A stretch of 64,000 nucleotides of DNA from Macrostomum lignano (GCA_002269645.1 NIVC01003422.1:34512-98511), one strand, 5' to 3'; shown: positions 37,772 through 51,761, counted from the first letter of the stretch. Notes: generated by a model from the letters alone, not told the origin. Numbers and translations are program-made.

Positions 37772-40700
37772 GATGAGACCGAGTTGAAATCTCACCCAGC
37801 AGGGGGTGAGACCGATTTGAAATCTCACCTGACAGGGGGGTGCGACCGAGTTGAAATCTCACCTGACAGGGGGGTGAGACCGATTTGAAATCTCACCTGA
37901 CAGGGGTGAGACTGAATTGAAATCTCACCTGCAGGGGGGTGAGACCGATTTGAAATCTCACCTGACAGGGGGGTGCGACCGAGTTGAAATCTCACCTGAC
38001 AGGGGGGTGAGACCGATTTGAAATCTCACCTGACAGGGGTGAGACTGAATTGAAATCTCACCCAGCAGGGGGTGAGACCGATTTGAAATCTCACCTGACA
38101 GGGGGGTGCGACCGAGTTGAAATCTCACCTGACAGGGGGGTGAGACCGATTTGAAATCTCACCTGACAGGGGTGAGACTGAATTGAAATCTCACCTGCTG
38201 GGGGGTGAGACCGATTTGAAATCTCACCTGACAGGGGGGTGCGACCGAGTTGAAATCTCACCTGATAGGGGGTGAGACTGAATTGAAATCCCACCCTGCA
38301 GGGGATGAGACCGAGTTGAAATCTCACCTGATAGGGGGTGAGACTGAATTGAAATCTCACCCTGCAGGGGATGAGACCGAGTTGAAATCTCACCTGATAG
38401 GGGGTGAGACTGAATTGAAATCTCACCTGACAGGGGGGTGCGACCGAGTTGAAATCTCACCTGACAGGGGGTGAGACTGAATTGAAATCTCACCTGACAG
38501 GGGGTGAGACTGAATTGAAATCTCACCTGACAGGGGAGAGACTGAATTGAAATCTCACCTGCTGGGGGGTGAGACCGATTTGAAATCTCACCTGACAGGG
38601 GGGTGCGACCGAGTTGAAATCTCACCTGACAGGGGTGAGACTGAATTGAAATCTCACCTGACAGGGGGTGAGACTGAATTGAAATCTCACCTGCAGGGGG
38701 GTGAGACCGAGTTGAAATCTCACCTGACAGGGGGGTGCGACCGAGTTGAAATCTCACCTGCAGGGGGGTGAGACCGATTTGAAATCTCACCTGACAGGGG
38801 TGAGACTGAATTGAAATCTCACCTGCTGGGGGGTGAGACCGATTTGAAATCTCACCTGACAGGGGAGTGAGACCGAGTTGAAATCTCACCTGATAGGGGG
38901 TGAGACCGAGTTGAAATCTCACCTGATAGGGGGTGAGACTGAATTGAAATCTCACCCTGCAGGGGATGAGACCGAGTTGAAATCTCACCTGATAGGGGGT
39001 GAGACTGAATTGAAATCTCACCTGACAGGGGGGTGCGACCGAGTTGAAATCTCACCTGACAGGGGGTGAGACTGAATTGAAATCTCACCTGACAGGGGGT
39101 GAGACTGAATTGAAATCTCACCTGACAGGGGTAAGACTGAATTGAAATCTCACCTGCAGGGGAGTGAGACCGAGTTAAAATCTCACCTGATAGGGGGTGA
39201 GACTGAATTGAAATCTCACCTGACAGGGGATGAGACTGAATTGAAATCTCACCTGCAGGGGGGTGAGACCGATTTGAAATCTCACCTGACAGGGGGGTGC
39301 GACCGAGTTGAAATCTCACCTGCAGGGGGGTGAGACCGATTTGAAATCTCACCTGACAGGGGTGAGACTGAATTGAAATCTCACCTGCTGGGGGGTGAGA
39401 CCGATTTGAAATCTCACCTGACAGGGGAGTGAGACCGACTTGAAATCTCACCCTGCAGGGGATGAGACCGAGTTGAAATCTCACCTGATAGGGGGTGAGA
39501 CTGAATTGAAATCTCACCTGACAGGGGGTGCGACCGAGTTGAAATCTCACCTGCAGGGGAGTGAGACCGAGTTGAAATCTCACCTGACAGGGGGTGAGAC
39601 CGATTTGAAATCTCACCTGACAGAGGGTGAGACCGAGTTGAAATCTCACCTGACAGAGGGGTGCGACCGAGTTGAAATCTCACCTGCAGGGGGGTGAGAC
39701 CGATTTGAAATCTCACCTGACAGGGGTGAGACTGAATTGAAATCTCACCTGCTGGGGGGTGAGACCGATTTGAAATCTCACCTGACAGGGGGGTGCGACC
39801 GAGTTGAAATCTCACCTGATAGGGGGTGAGACTGAATTGAAATCTCACCCTGCAGGGGATGAGACCGAGTTGAAATCTCACCTGATAGGGGGTGAGACTG
39901 AATTGAAATCTCACCTGACAGGGGGTGAGACCGAGTTGAAATCTCACCTGACAGGGGGGTGCGACCCAGTTGAAATCTCACCTGCAGGGGGGTGAGACCG
40001 ATTTGAAATCTCACCTGACAGGGGTGAGACTGAATTGAAATCTCACCTGCTGGGGGGTGAGACCGATTTGAAATCTCACCTGACAGGGGGGTGCGACCGA
40101 GTTGAAATCTCACCTGATAGGGGGTGAGACTGAATTGAAATCTCACCCTGCAGGGGATGAGACCGAGTTGAAATCTCACCTGATAGGGGGTGAGACTGAA
40201 TTGAAATCTCACCTGACAGGGGGTGCGACCGAGTTGAAATCTCACCTGACAGGGGGTGAGACTGAATTGAAATCTCACCTGACAGGGGGTGAGACTGAAT
40301 TGAAATCTCACCTGACAGGGGTGAGACTGAATTGAAATCTCACCTGCAGGGGAGTGAGACCGAGTTGAAATCTCACCTGATAGGGGGTGAGACTGAATTG
40401 AAATCTCACCTGACAGGGGATGAGACTGAATTGAAATCTCACCTGCAGGGGGGTGAGACCGATTTGAAATCTCACCTGACAGGGGGGTGCGACCGAGTTG
40501 AAATCTCACCTGCAGGGGGGTGAGACCGATTTGAAATCTCACCTGACAGGGGTGAGACTGAATTGAAATCTCACCTGCTGGGGGGTGAGACCGATTTGAA
40601 ATCTCACCTGACAGGGGGGTGCGACCGAGTTGAAATCTCACCTGATAGGGGGTGAGACTGAATTGAAATCTCACCCTGCAGGGGATGAGACCGAGTTGAA

Positions 40701-41670
40701 ATCTCACCTAATAGGGGGTGAGACTGAATTGAAATCTCACCTGACAGGGGGGTGAGACCGAGTTGAAATCTCACCTGCAGGGGAGTGAGACCGACTTGAA
40801 ATCTCACCTGACAGGGGGTGAGACCGATTTGAAATCTCACCTGACAGGGGGTGAGACCGAGTTGAAATCTCACCTGACAGGGGGGTGCGACCGAGTTGAA
40901 ATCTCACCTGATAGGGGGTGAGACTGAATTGAAATCTCACCCTGCAGGGGATGAGACCGAGTTGAAATCTCACCTGATAGGGGGTGAGACTGAATTGAAA
41001 TCTCACCTGACAGGGGGGTGCGACCGAGTTGAAATCTCACCTGATAGGGGGTGAGACTGAATTGAAATCTCACCTGACAGGGGGGTGCGACCGAGTTGAA
41101 ATCTCACCTGACAGGGGGTGAGACTGAATTGAAATCTCACCTGACAGGGGGTGAGACTGAATTGAAATCTCACCTGACAGGGGTGAGACTGAATTGAAAT
41201 CTCACCTGCAGGGGAGTGAGACCGAGTTGAAATCTCACCTGATAGGGGGTGAGACTGAATTGAAATCTCACCTGACAGGGGATGAGACTGAATTGAAATC
41301 TCACCTGACAGGGGGTGAGACTGAATTGAAATCTCACCTGACAGGGGGGTGCGACCGAGTTGAAATCTCACCTGCAGGGGGTGAGACCGATTTGAAATCT
41401 CACCTGACAGGGGGGTGAGACCGAGTTGAAATCTCACCTGACAGGGGGTGAGACTGAATTGAAATCTCCCCTGCAGGGGAGTGAAACCGAGTTGAAATCT
41501 CACCCTGCAGGGGGTGAGACCGAGTTGAAATCTCACATGACAGGGGATGAGACTGAGTTGAAATCTCACCTGCAGGGGGTGAGACGGAGTTTAAATCTCA
41601 CCTGACAGGTGATGTTACCGAGTTTATTTATCCCCCTTACAGGGATGAGACCGGATTGAAATCTCAATTG
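37772..41670. repeat. About 33-bp minisatellite (GAGACCGAGTTGAAATCTCACCTGACAGGGGGT)n, 3.9 kb
   Basis: Roughly 115 copies; a few recurring variants (CCGAG/CCGAT/CTGAA; GAC/GAT/GC) in higher-order patterns. Confidence 0.97.
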
Positions 41671-42390
41671 AATTTCATCGAATGCCTAAAGACTTAGAAG
41701 CTGTTCTCACATGATGACCTTCAAAGGTGATCTCAGCCGGCGCATAAGCCACCTGTTGAAACGCAATTTCAGAGAGCCGCCACTGGGCTCAGAACGGGGG
41801 TGTGGCTGTAATTTTCAGCGCCTGTTTGTCGCCGCGAGCAGCCAAATTTGTCAGCAACTCTGCAGACTTGCCGACTGCGTCGCAAGCTCGCTGGAAACTT
41901 CCCGGATATTTTTTCACCACCGCTTAGATCCATTGTTCCTCTCAATAGGTTGTTTTTTTCATATATTTGCGCAGTCAATAGCCTGCCCTGGGTAATATCC
42001 GGCTCTGGGAACTGGAAAATTAAGCATTGTTAAGCGCTAAACAAAATGGCACGTCCCTTACCTATCCGGTCCCTGCTTCCCAGCTCCATTTGACCCCGTA
42101 CGACTGCAGAGACTGCAGCAATCCAACATGCTAGAGGAAACTATTTGCACAGCCTTTATTCGATTTTTAAACTTGTGCATAAAACGTTGTTTCCCGCCGT
42201 GGGTGCTTGTAGTTGTTTACCATTAGGCATCCAGACTTGCAACTGTTCGTGTTTGGGGAAGGTGCAAGTAAATGAATGAATGAAAGTTGCTTGTATTTTT
42301 ACCATTCGAATATAAAAACAAATTGTATTGTTGCCTGCGCATTTAAATCATTGTGATTTCTATGCCAGTGCGCGCTTATTTAGCCCTCCC

Positions 42391-42860
42391 AACAACAACA
42401 ACAACAACAACAACAACAGCAACAACAACAACAACAGCAACAACAGCAACAACATCACAGCTAAGGACGGGACTACTGGAGGCAGTAGGTCGGTTTGGAG
42501 CCGATGGTGGGGGCTGCGGTGAGTGCGAAATTAAGGACCACTGGTGAAGCTGTGCGCGATGGGCCGGCCTCCGGAAACGTCTAGGGATGGAGTCGGTCTC
42601 GGATCTGGACAGGGAGGCGATGGCGATAAGCTTCCTCAGGGCGGCCCACCAGCAGTGGATCGCCTGAGTGGAGTGTTTTCGATGACACACACAACAATAA
42701 CAACAACAGCAACAACAAAAACAACAACAAAAACAACAGCAACAGCAACAACAACAACAACAACAACAACAACAAAAACAACAACAAAAACAACAACAAA
42801 AACAACAACAACAACAACAATAGCAGGAACAAAAACAATAACAGCTACAAAAAAACAAAA
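42391..42860. repeat. Two (AAC)n-rich tracts (about 42391-42452 and 42692-42860)
   Basis: Direct reading. Confidence 0.9.
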
Positions 42861-45490
42861 ATAAAATACGCTGTCAGGGAGGCCGGATTTTTTGCTTTTA
42901 CAGATTGAGAATTTGTCCAGAAAAAGTTTCTTAGAGACAAAGAAAGAGCATTTCGGAAAAAAAGCTTGATAAGCTTGTAAGTGCATCTCGGACAAAACAC
43001 CTACTTGCTTCATTTATTCGATTCAGAAGTTCGGAAGCTGAGATATAGCCAATTTAGTGATACGAGCGTAAAAATATAAAGCAAGATTGAGGCTAACCGA
43101 AGTCATCAATAAGGTGACTTCTGTCAAAGTCACATTCTACTCAAGGCCCGACTCTTGCCTATCCGATCCCACTCCATCCGTTCCCGATGGATCGCCTACT
43201 CAATGACACGAGGTTCATAGTGTCAACTCAAGCTCAAGCAAGCCCACTTCTTACTCCTGCTTTTCCTCCATGCTAGCCGCGAGATGATTTCAGCAGCAGC
43301 TGTCAAGACAATTGCTGAGAAAAATGAATGAAGTCAGAGATGCCTCACTGACTAGCCGTGAACGAGCGCTATCGTTTTGGCGAGGTCTTCAGTTTAACAA
43401 GCGCAGCAGGATGTGCCTTGTGCATGAAAGACGAAGGATTTCTACGCTTTTACGAACAAATGCATTGAGAAGCGACAGGTGCTGTGTTTGCGAGGTCGAC
43501 AGACGTACAGGCATTCAACATATAGTACCGGTATGGGATACAGCAGGGACGCTAAAACTTCACGGTTCTTCAAAATTCTTGTGTTCAAATTTTCAGAAAA
43601 GTACACGTCCATAAGCCACATAAGCCAAGACTTACTTAGGCCGATTAAATGCTTATCTTTTTCATATGCATGAAACGAATTAGCGTATGTAATTACCTGA
43701 TTTTATGCTCAGTTGAATTTGTAATCGTACATATTATTCCAAAATATTTCATTATTTCATCATTTTCCTTTCGTGTTCTCACTTTTGGTCTAAATCCGCT
43801 TTAAAATAAGTCGCGATAAAATTTCACGGGAGCTTGACGAGGGGAATATTGCTAAGGTGCCAAGGCTTACGGGGGGAATTGCTGAGATTCCAAGGCTTAT
43901 AGGGGACTGTTGAGATGTCAAGACTGTCAAGACAGGTCAGAAGCTACATGCTTACCAAACTTAAAAATTTCCCTTTGATTTTTTCCCTGAAAAGAGATTA
44001 CTTATCGATGATTGCAGCGTTAGTAGAGAAAAAAATGGTGTAGGCTGAAACTGTCAGGCGACCGATAACTTTGGAAGAGCTGTTGGATCTATTCGATGAG
44101 CTCTTCAGCCCGTGTGCCAGCAAAGTTTTCAAATGCAGTCTGAGCCAGTTGACCCGTTTGTAACCGACCGCTAGAACGTGCAATTTCAAAACGCAAAAAA
44201 TGGATCAAAACAGTATTGTCCTGGGATGCAATCACTCACGAATGCGAGAGCGGCTGCTATGAGAACCGTCTCTTACGTGGTCCACTTTCGACCCCTCGGG
44301 GCAAAGGAAGGCGACTCCCAACTGAGAGCAAATGGACCACACCTCCGTTACCAGGGAATCTTCCCCAAGCATCCACAGTTCGTCCGCCTCAAGGACCACT
44401 AGGAACACTTCGTTATATAAGGACGTAACACTCTCGATTCGTGTAAAAATAGTTGAAGGCCGATTTTCGTTCTGGTATACATTAGTGAGATAGATGAATT
44501 GCATGATTTTCAACATATATGTGCTGTTTGCAGAAGCCTAAGGGCTATTACTTTCCAAAATTTTGCAGTATGTAACCAGAAGCTCTTAGCTAAATTTTAT
44601 TTTTGTGGTATAGTCCTATTACGAGCTATTAGGTTATTTACCGTTTTGTACATTACTTATGACTAGGCTATATAGGCCTATGCTATGACTAAGGACATGT
44701 TTATCGACTGGGAACCTTGTAATAAATAATTTATAGGCCTAGACCTATCTGATTTCTGGCTAATCATAACCCTAACTGCCTTAACTAACTAACTTCATTA
44801 GTTCAGAAGTGTTCCTAGTGCTCCTTGATTAAACTACATGTACATGTACATTTAGCTCGTGGTCGACTCACGCCTGTCGACTGTCAGTCTCTCGGTGCTT
44901 AATGTACACTGCTTTTATCGATTCCTCAGCGCCCCTCGCTTGGCTGAAACAGAATGTACATCGTCTTAATACTTTTACAAACACAAAATTTTAGTGGCAA
45001 TTGTTCATAACAAATTTCCCGATGCTTGCATTGTTATACTGATTCTCATGGTTCTGAAACTATGACTGTTTTGAATCTGAAATCAAGCGTCTCGTAAGAT
45101 TCTGCAGCACATGCTTATGTAATCATAACTTAATCATAGCTTTCATTGAAATAGAAAATATCTATTGAAAAGGGAATGCTTCAGGATGACTAATGCATTA
45201 TTAGCAAAAAGGTAACAGAAAATCCGTTAAAGAAGCACAATACTCATATTTAGATACCAAACGACTCACACATATTCTTTTCGGTGCATATTTTGTTTAA
45301 AGTGTCACCGCCTCAGCAACTTGATGCGTGCGATTTTAATTTTAAGGAAAACTGGAGTTTTTCCAAGGTAATTTATCAACGCTATCCTTGCGACTGCGAT
45401 AAAATATTTTTGGATAGCGCAAACCGTAGCAAAGGCGATACCCAAATTTTATCATTTTTCAGTCACAACTTACTTGCAAAAGTTTTCGTA

Positions 45491-48400
45491 ATGAAAATTT
45501 ACACTTGGGAGTCTCTCAAAGAGTTTCAACAGAGGGACTGTAAGCAAAAATTAATTGTTATTGAGGGAAAAGTGTATGATGTAACTAAATTTATGCACAA
45601 GCACCCAGGTGGAGCAAAACTTTTAGGAGCCTATGCCGGAGAAGATGCAACTGTAAGTTTATCTAATAAAAAATGTCAATACCATGTTCAATAAACTATA
45701 GTCTAAGTCTAGCTATTTGTATGTACTCTGTACTGTAAGCTGTATAGGCCTAATCTGTTATCATTTATGCAGTGGCCTCAGCTGGCCTAAGCCTATTTTA
45801 GCTATATCTTTTTGCTTTGTTTCTAAGATTTTTTTGACTTATTATATTGATTTTGAAGAGGCTTAACATAGCTTGTAATTCATCAATTTTTTTCTAGATA
45901 TACACCTTTATAGGGCTAGTCTACATTTAAATTACATTCAAGTGTGACTTAATTTGTCTAAAAATTTAAATAGCGGGCCTAATATCTAAAATTAACTCAC
46001 TCACAGAGCGTTGTAGCTCAGCTTTACTTATATCTGACATGCTTAGCCTATACATCCTTGTTTAAGAAAGTTTTTTATTATTTCTATAGAATAGAGATCT
46101 TTTATATCTATATTATTAGATCTTATGTATAATTGTTTAGGTTATAAATTCTAACAATAGTACTCATAATTTTTAAGACAAAAAAGTAATTAAAAAAATT
46201 TTATATGTCAATAATTATGTTAAATTATTAGACCAAGGATGAGGTGTAAAAAGTAGGAATTAAAACTCTGTGGGCCTTCCCACTGTAGAAATAATCTAGG
46301 TAACAATAAAATTAAGAGACTTACTTCTAATAATCTTGTAATTAGCCTTTTAGCTAGCTTTAAAACCTTTTAAAATTCCTGTGGCGCTGTTACTTTAGTT
46401 GAACTAATATAAGGTTTTATTTTTTAGTATAATACTTCTTGACTAAACTAAGCAATTTATTTCAACCTTTCTTTGAATGTTCATAAAGCAGAATTATTTA
46501 CATTAAATAATTGCCATTATAATTTTCTTTTTCATCATAGGATGCATGGGTTGCTCTGCACAATGACAAAGAGCTTGTGGAGAAGTACATGAAGCCATTG
46601 CAATGTGGAATTGTTGAAGATTATGAGAAACATGTGGTAAGCTATTCAATTCCATTTTCTAAATGTAACTCTTACTTTAATCTTAATTGCATATGTGAAA
46701 ATTGAAAACAATGTTTAATTTAATAATCAAATGCTGACCTTTGAGATCAGACTCGAACTCAATATTAAACTGTTTATCCTACTACTAATTAGTGCTTGTC
46801 AGTAGGCAGTATCGAACATCTATACATCTAATTTATCAATTTCGGTATTTCAGTCGCCCAGCCAGGCGGATTTCCGACGCCTACGCCAGCTGGCCGAGTC
46901 GTCCGGCTGGTTCCGCACCCGGCCGCTGTTCTTCATCAAGTACCTGCTCCAGTGCTGGGCATTCGAGTTGGCCGCTGTGCTGCTGCTATGGCAGTTCGGC
47001 CTGCACATCTGGACTGTGCTGCCAGCGGCCCTGCTGCTGTGCACCGCCCAGGCTCAGGCCGGCTGGGCTCAGCACGACTATGGCCATCTGAGCGTCTTCA
47101 ACAGCCGCCGGCTGAATCATATTGGCCACGAGCTCGTTGTCGGGCACATGAAGGGAGCCAGCTCGCACTGGTGGAATTTTCGGTACAGTTTTTGTTATTG
47201 GTTTAAATGCGCTGTTCTTCTACTATTAGTAGTGTTAATTAGGTTTTTTGTCTACCAAAAGAGGATAAAAGTAAACTAAAACAGTTATATCCTACTTTCA
47301 GTAGCAGTATAAGAATAAAGTGATAAAATGGTTTTATTTTACTCTTACTAGCAGTTAACAAATAATTAATTTCGGTTTTCAGACACTTTCTGCACCACTC
47401 CAAGCCGAATGTAGTTGGCGCCGACCCGGACATCAATGTGCCGTATCTGTTCTTGCTTGGCGACAAGATGCCGCAGGAATGGGGCAAGCGCAGACGCGGT
47501 TTCATGCCCTACAACTGGCAGCACGATTACTTCTGGCTGCTTGGGCCGCCAATGCTGCTGCCGCTGTACTTTCACTACGAGAATATCTACTTCATCTTCA
47601 AGCGAGGCGACTGGCGCGATTTTGTCTGGACGCTGTCGTTCTTTTTGAAATTTTTCTACGTTTTTAATCATTTCTTTCCGTCCTGGCTTGCCACGTTTGG
47701 ATTCTACATGCTTGTGCGGTGAGTGCTTATTGCGGTTTATGGCAGTTGTGAGGCTTTAGATGGGCCACCATAAACGTAAAGGGCTGAAATTAAAAGATTG
47801 TCTTTAAAGGAAGTCGAACAATAAAGGCACCGAAGTGAGTCAAATAGACATCAGGGGCGCCAAAAGGAGATTAGGGGCGCCAAAGAGACTTCAGGGGCGC
47901 CAAATGGAGATTAGGGGCGCCAAATGGAGATTAGGGGCGCCAAATGGAGATCAGGGGCGCCAAAGAGACTTCAGGGGCGCCAAATGGAGATTAGGGGCGC
48001 CAAAGAGACTTCAGGGGCGCTAAATGGACACCATAGGCGCCAAACAGACATCAGTGGCGCCAAACAGACATCAGTGGCGCCAAACAGACATCAGTGGCGC
48101 CAAATAGACATCAGTGGCGCCAAATGGACATCAGTGGCGCAAACAGACATCAGGAGCGCCAAATAGACATCAGTGGCGCTAAATAGACATCAGTGGCGCC
48201 AAATAGACATCAGTGGCGCCAAATAGACTTCAGGGGCGCCAAAGAGACTTCAGGGGCGCTAAATGGACACCATAGGCGCCAAACAGACATCAGTGGCGCC
48301 AAACAGACATCAGTGGCGCCAAACAGACATCAGTGGCACCAAACAGACATCAGTGGCGCTAAATAGACATCAGTGGCGCCAAATAGACTTCAGTGGCGCC

Positions 48401-50275
48401 AAACAGACATCAGTGGCGCCAAATAGACTTCAGGGGCACAAAACAGACGTCAGTGGCGCTAAATAGACATCAGTGGCACCAAACAGACATCAGTGGCGCC
48501 AAATAGACATCAGTGGCGCCAAATGGACATCAGTGGCGCAAACAGACATCAGGAGCGCCAAATAGACATCGGGGGCAACAAACAGATATCAGTGGCGCCA
48601 AACAGACATCAGTGGCGCCAAACAGACATCAGTGGCACCAAACAGACGTCAGTGGCGCTAAATAGACATCAGTGGCACCAAACAGACGTCAGTGGCGCTA
48701 AATAGACATCAGTGGCACCAAACAGACATCAGTGGCGCCAAACAGACATCAGTGGCGCCAAATGGACATCAGTGGCGCAAACAGACATCAGGAGCGCCAA
48801 ATAGACATCGGGGGCAACAAACAGATATCAGTGGCGCCAAACAGACATCAGTGGCGCAACCAGACGTCAGTGACGCCGAATAGACATCAGAGGCACCAAA
48901 AAGACATGAGTGGCGCCAAATGGACATCAGTCGCGCTAAAGAGACATCAGGGGCACCAAACAGACATGAGTGGCGCCAAAAAGACACCAGTGACGCCAAA
49001 TGGAGATTAGGGGCACCAAAGAGACACCAGGGGCGCCAAATGGACATCACTTTGCTTTATCTATAGGTTACTGTAATTATAATTATACTGTACTAATAGA
49101 TATCCTGTATAATTATGAAACGGACTCCTGCAGCTACCTGGAGTCGCACTGGTTCGTGGCCTGCACCCAGATGAGCCACATTCCCATGGACATCGACCGC
49201 GACCAACGGCGCGAGTGGCTGCCGATGCAGCTGAAGGCCACCATGAATGCCGAAGGCGGCTCATTTAACGACTGGTTCACCGGCCATCTTAACTACCAGA
49301 TTGAGCACCAGTGAGTTGCTGCAACCGGGTTCTTACATCTGGTTTCTCCACTTAACGTTGTCTTGTTAGTGCGCGTTGGTCCGGGTTACTTATTGAAGCC
49401 TCCCAGATGCTCGGGCTTGACCACCCGCCACCTCCGCAGATCCTCAGTTGCTGAGCCAGCCTCCCAGATCCTCAGTTGCTGGGCCAGCCTCCCAGATCCT
49501 CAGTTGCTGGGCCAGCCTCCCAGATCCTCAGTTGCTGGGCCAGCCTCCCAGATCCTCAGTTGCTGGGCCAGCCTCCCAGATCCTCAGTTGCTGGGCCAGC
49601 CTCCCAGATCCTCAGTTGCTGGGCCAGCCTCCCAGATCCTCAGCTGCTGGGGCAGCCTCCCAGATCCTCAGTTGCTGGGCCAGCCTCCCAGATCCTCAGC
49701 TGCTGGGCCAGCCTCCCAGATCCTCAGCTGCTGGGCCAGCCTCCCAGATCCTCAGTTGCTGGGCCAGCCTCCCAGATTGTCAGTTGCTGAGCCAGCCTCC
49801 CAGATCCTCAGTTGCTGGGCCAGCCTCCCAGATCCTCAGCTGCTGGGCCAGCCTCCCAGATCCTCAGCTGCTGGGCCAGCCTCCCAGATCCTCAGCTGCT
49901 GGGCCAGCCTCCCAGATCCTCAGCTGCTGGGCCAGCCTCCCAGATCCTCAGCTGCTGGGCCAGCCTCCCAGAATGTCAGTTGCTGAGCCAGCCTCCCAGA
50001 TCATAACTCACAGGGTCAATATTGTTTCATATTTTGGCTCAGACATTCAACAGTATAGTTGTGCTCACTTTCGACCCCCCACCGCGCCGAGCAGCCTGTT
50101 CCCCACCATGCCGCGCCACTCTTACCCGCTGGTGCAGCCGCACGTGAAGCAGCTGTGCGCCAGGCACGGCATCCCCTATGTGGAGAAGCCGCTGTCGACC
50201 GCCCTAGCGGACATCATCAGGTCGTTGAAGAAGTCTGGCGAGCTCTGGCTTGAAGCCTACCAAATGCCCGGCTGA
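45491..50275 (+). CDS. fads: Cytochrome b5-fused front-end fatty acid desaturase (delta-5/6-type, FADS family), 426 aa
   Basis: Exons 45491-45652, 46541-46636, 46854-47182, 47383-47718, 49134-49310, 50095-50275 (1281 nt, in frame). HPGG haem motif; His boxes HDYGH, HFLHH, and QIEHH (formed across the last intron). Confidence 0.95.
47845..49045. repeat. 20-bp minisatellite (GGCGCCAAACAGACATCAGT)n in a desaturase intron
   Basis: Direct reading. Confidence 0.95.
49443..50000. repeat. 28-bp minisatellite (CCTCCCAGATCCTCAGTTGCTGGGCCAG)n in the last desaturase intron
   Basis: 28-aa period in the ORF track. Confidence 0.95.
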
Positions 50276-51293
50276 GGATCGCCTGCTGAATATTTTTTTA
50301 TAAAATTCTTTTTCTTAAACTAATTGATATTATGAGCGTGGCTATTATTGATATTATATTGATATAATGATAGATATGATAGATATTATTGATATAATGC
50401 AACTATACTACTAACACTGCCAAGCAAAGCTAAAGTACAGTTTTTTCTATAAGTCTATCGCGACTTGTCTACTCTCTCAACTTGCTCTGTTTCCTTATTC
50501 TTAGTTGAGTTTTGCTACTATCGGAAATATTTGCTCTTCTAAGCTCAAAACTTTTATACTTTGTGTCATTTTCCTGTGTGATAATTTTAGTGAAGTATTT
50601 GCACAGCTGCTCTACTGCAAGTAGCAATATAGGCAAATATTTAATCAGGCGCTTTCCTTGGGTACTCGTAAACCCAGTGCAAATCCGTAAGACTAGGATG
50701 CAGCAATACTATACTGTTTTCAGATTTCACTTTTAACGCAGGAGTATAATAATATAAATCAACCAATGCATACAATTAATTGACGAGCCTCTTGGCACAG
50801 CTTCAATCTTTTCTTATCGTTGCTTATAAGAATGTTACCGAATTCTGGTCTCGATTCGATTTATTAATTTAGTTAATTGGTACGGTCAGGTCGAATGAAT
50901 TGGGTTATTGTAATCAATGATTAGCATAATTATAATATCAAACAAAATTGGTGAATAACACGAGAAACATTTTTGCATAGAGTTTTTGGGAGAATACATG
51001 TACATGTACAATAACCATAATAACTGATAAGAATAATTTACTATACAATTAGCAAACTGGCTTCAGGTGAAAACTAAATTCGTAAAAGTAAAATTCGGCT
51101 TGGCAAATAAAGCGATTAGAATAAATAAATCAATGGAAAACTTCCTTTTTAGACATAAAAATACCGCTAATTAATAATTGCATTATTGACACTACATGTA
51201 TTAGATAGTTCAATGAACTTAATAAATTTTTATTTAACCATAAGCCAAGGTGTGATACTATTTATAGGTCACGATTCTACAACCGGTAAACTT

Positions 51294-51500
51294 CGCTCAT
51301 TGGCTAGCGGATTTGCCCCACCCCACGCCAGTAATAAAACTAGCTAAAGGCCGTCCTCACCCAACGCGCTCATTGGCTAGCGGCTTTGCCTCACCCCACG
51401 CCAGTAATAAAATCAGCTAAAAGGCCGTCCTCACCCAATGCGCGCTCATTGGCTAGAGGCATCGCCCCACCCCACGCCAGTTATAAAATCAGCTAATAGA
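51294..51500. repeat. Three copies of a 73-76-bp unit (CGCTCATTGGCTAG...CCACGCCAGTAATAAAA)
   Basis: Copies start at 51294, 51367 and 51443, between the convergent desaturase and bestrophin genes. Confidence 0.85.
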
Positions 51501-51682
51501 CTTGTCTTCTCAACCAATAAGTCTATATCTTTCTACATTCAATATACACACTTGGTTCAGGATTATCGCCCGCCGTTGCTTCACTGCATTTTTACCGTTT
51601 TGCCCCGAGAGATCTGCCCGCCGAGCAAATGCCCGCAATAAAGATTTCCCGTTTTTAACGACCCGGTACAATGCTCAGTGCT

Positions 51683-51761
51683 CAGTGGCGGTGGCGGATC
51701 CAGATTTTTCCCAGGGGAGGTCTGTCAGCCGATCCCCTTGACCCCCTGGGATCCACCAGTG
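51683..51761. mobile_element. Very short degenerate CAGTGGCGGATCCAG-type MITE remnant
   Basis: Imperfect inverted ends CAGTGGCG(GTGGCG)GATCCAG / CTGGGATCCACCAGTG; flanks share GTGCT. Confidence 0.35.

Noticed and set aside
37772-41670. CRISPR-like appearance: about 33-bp palindromic units containing GAATTGAAA
   Set aside because: Units are contiguous with no unique spacers, there are no cas genes, and the context is eukaryotic.
44216-44428. Weak resemblance to a LINE/RTE C-terminus (RLLRGPLSTPRGKGRR)
   Set aside because: Too short; no reverse transcriptase or endonuclease motifs nearby.
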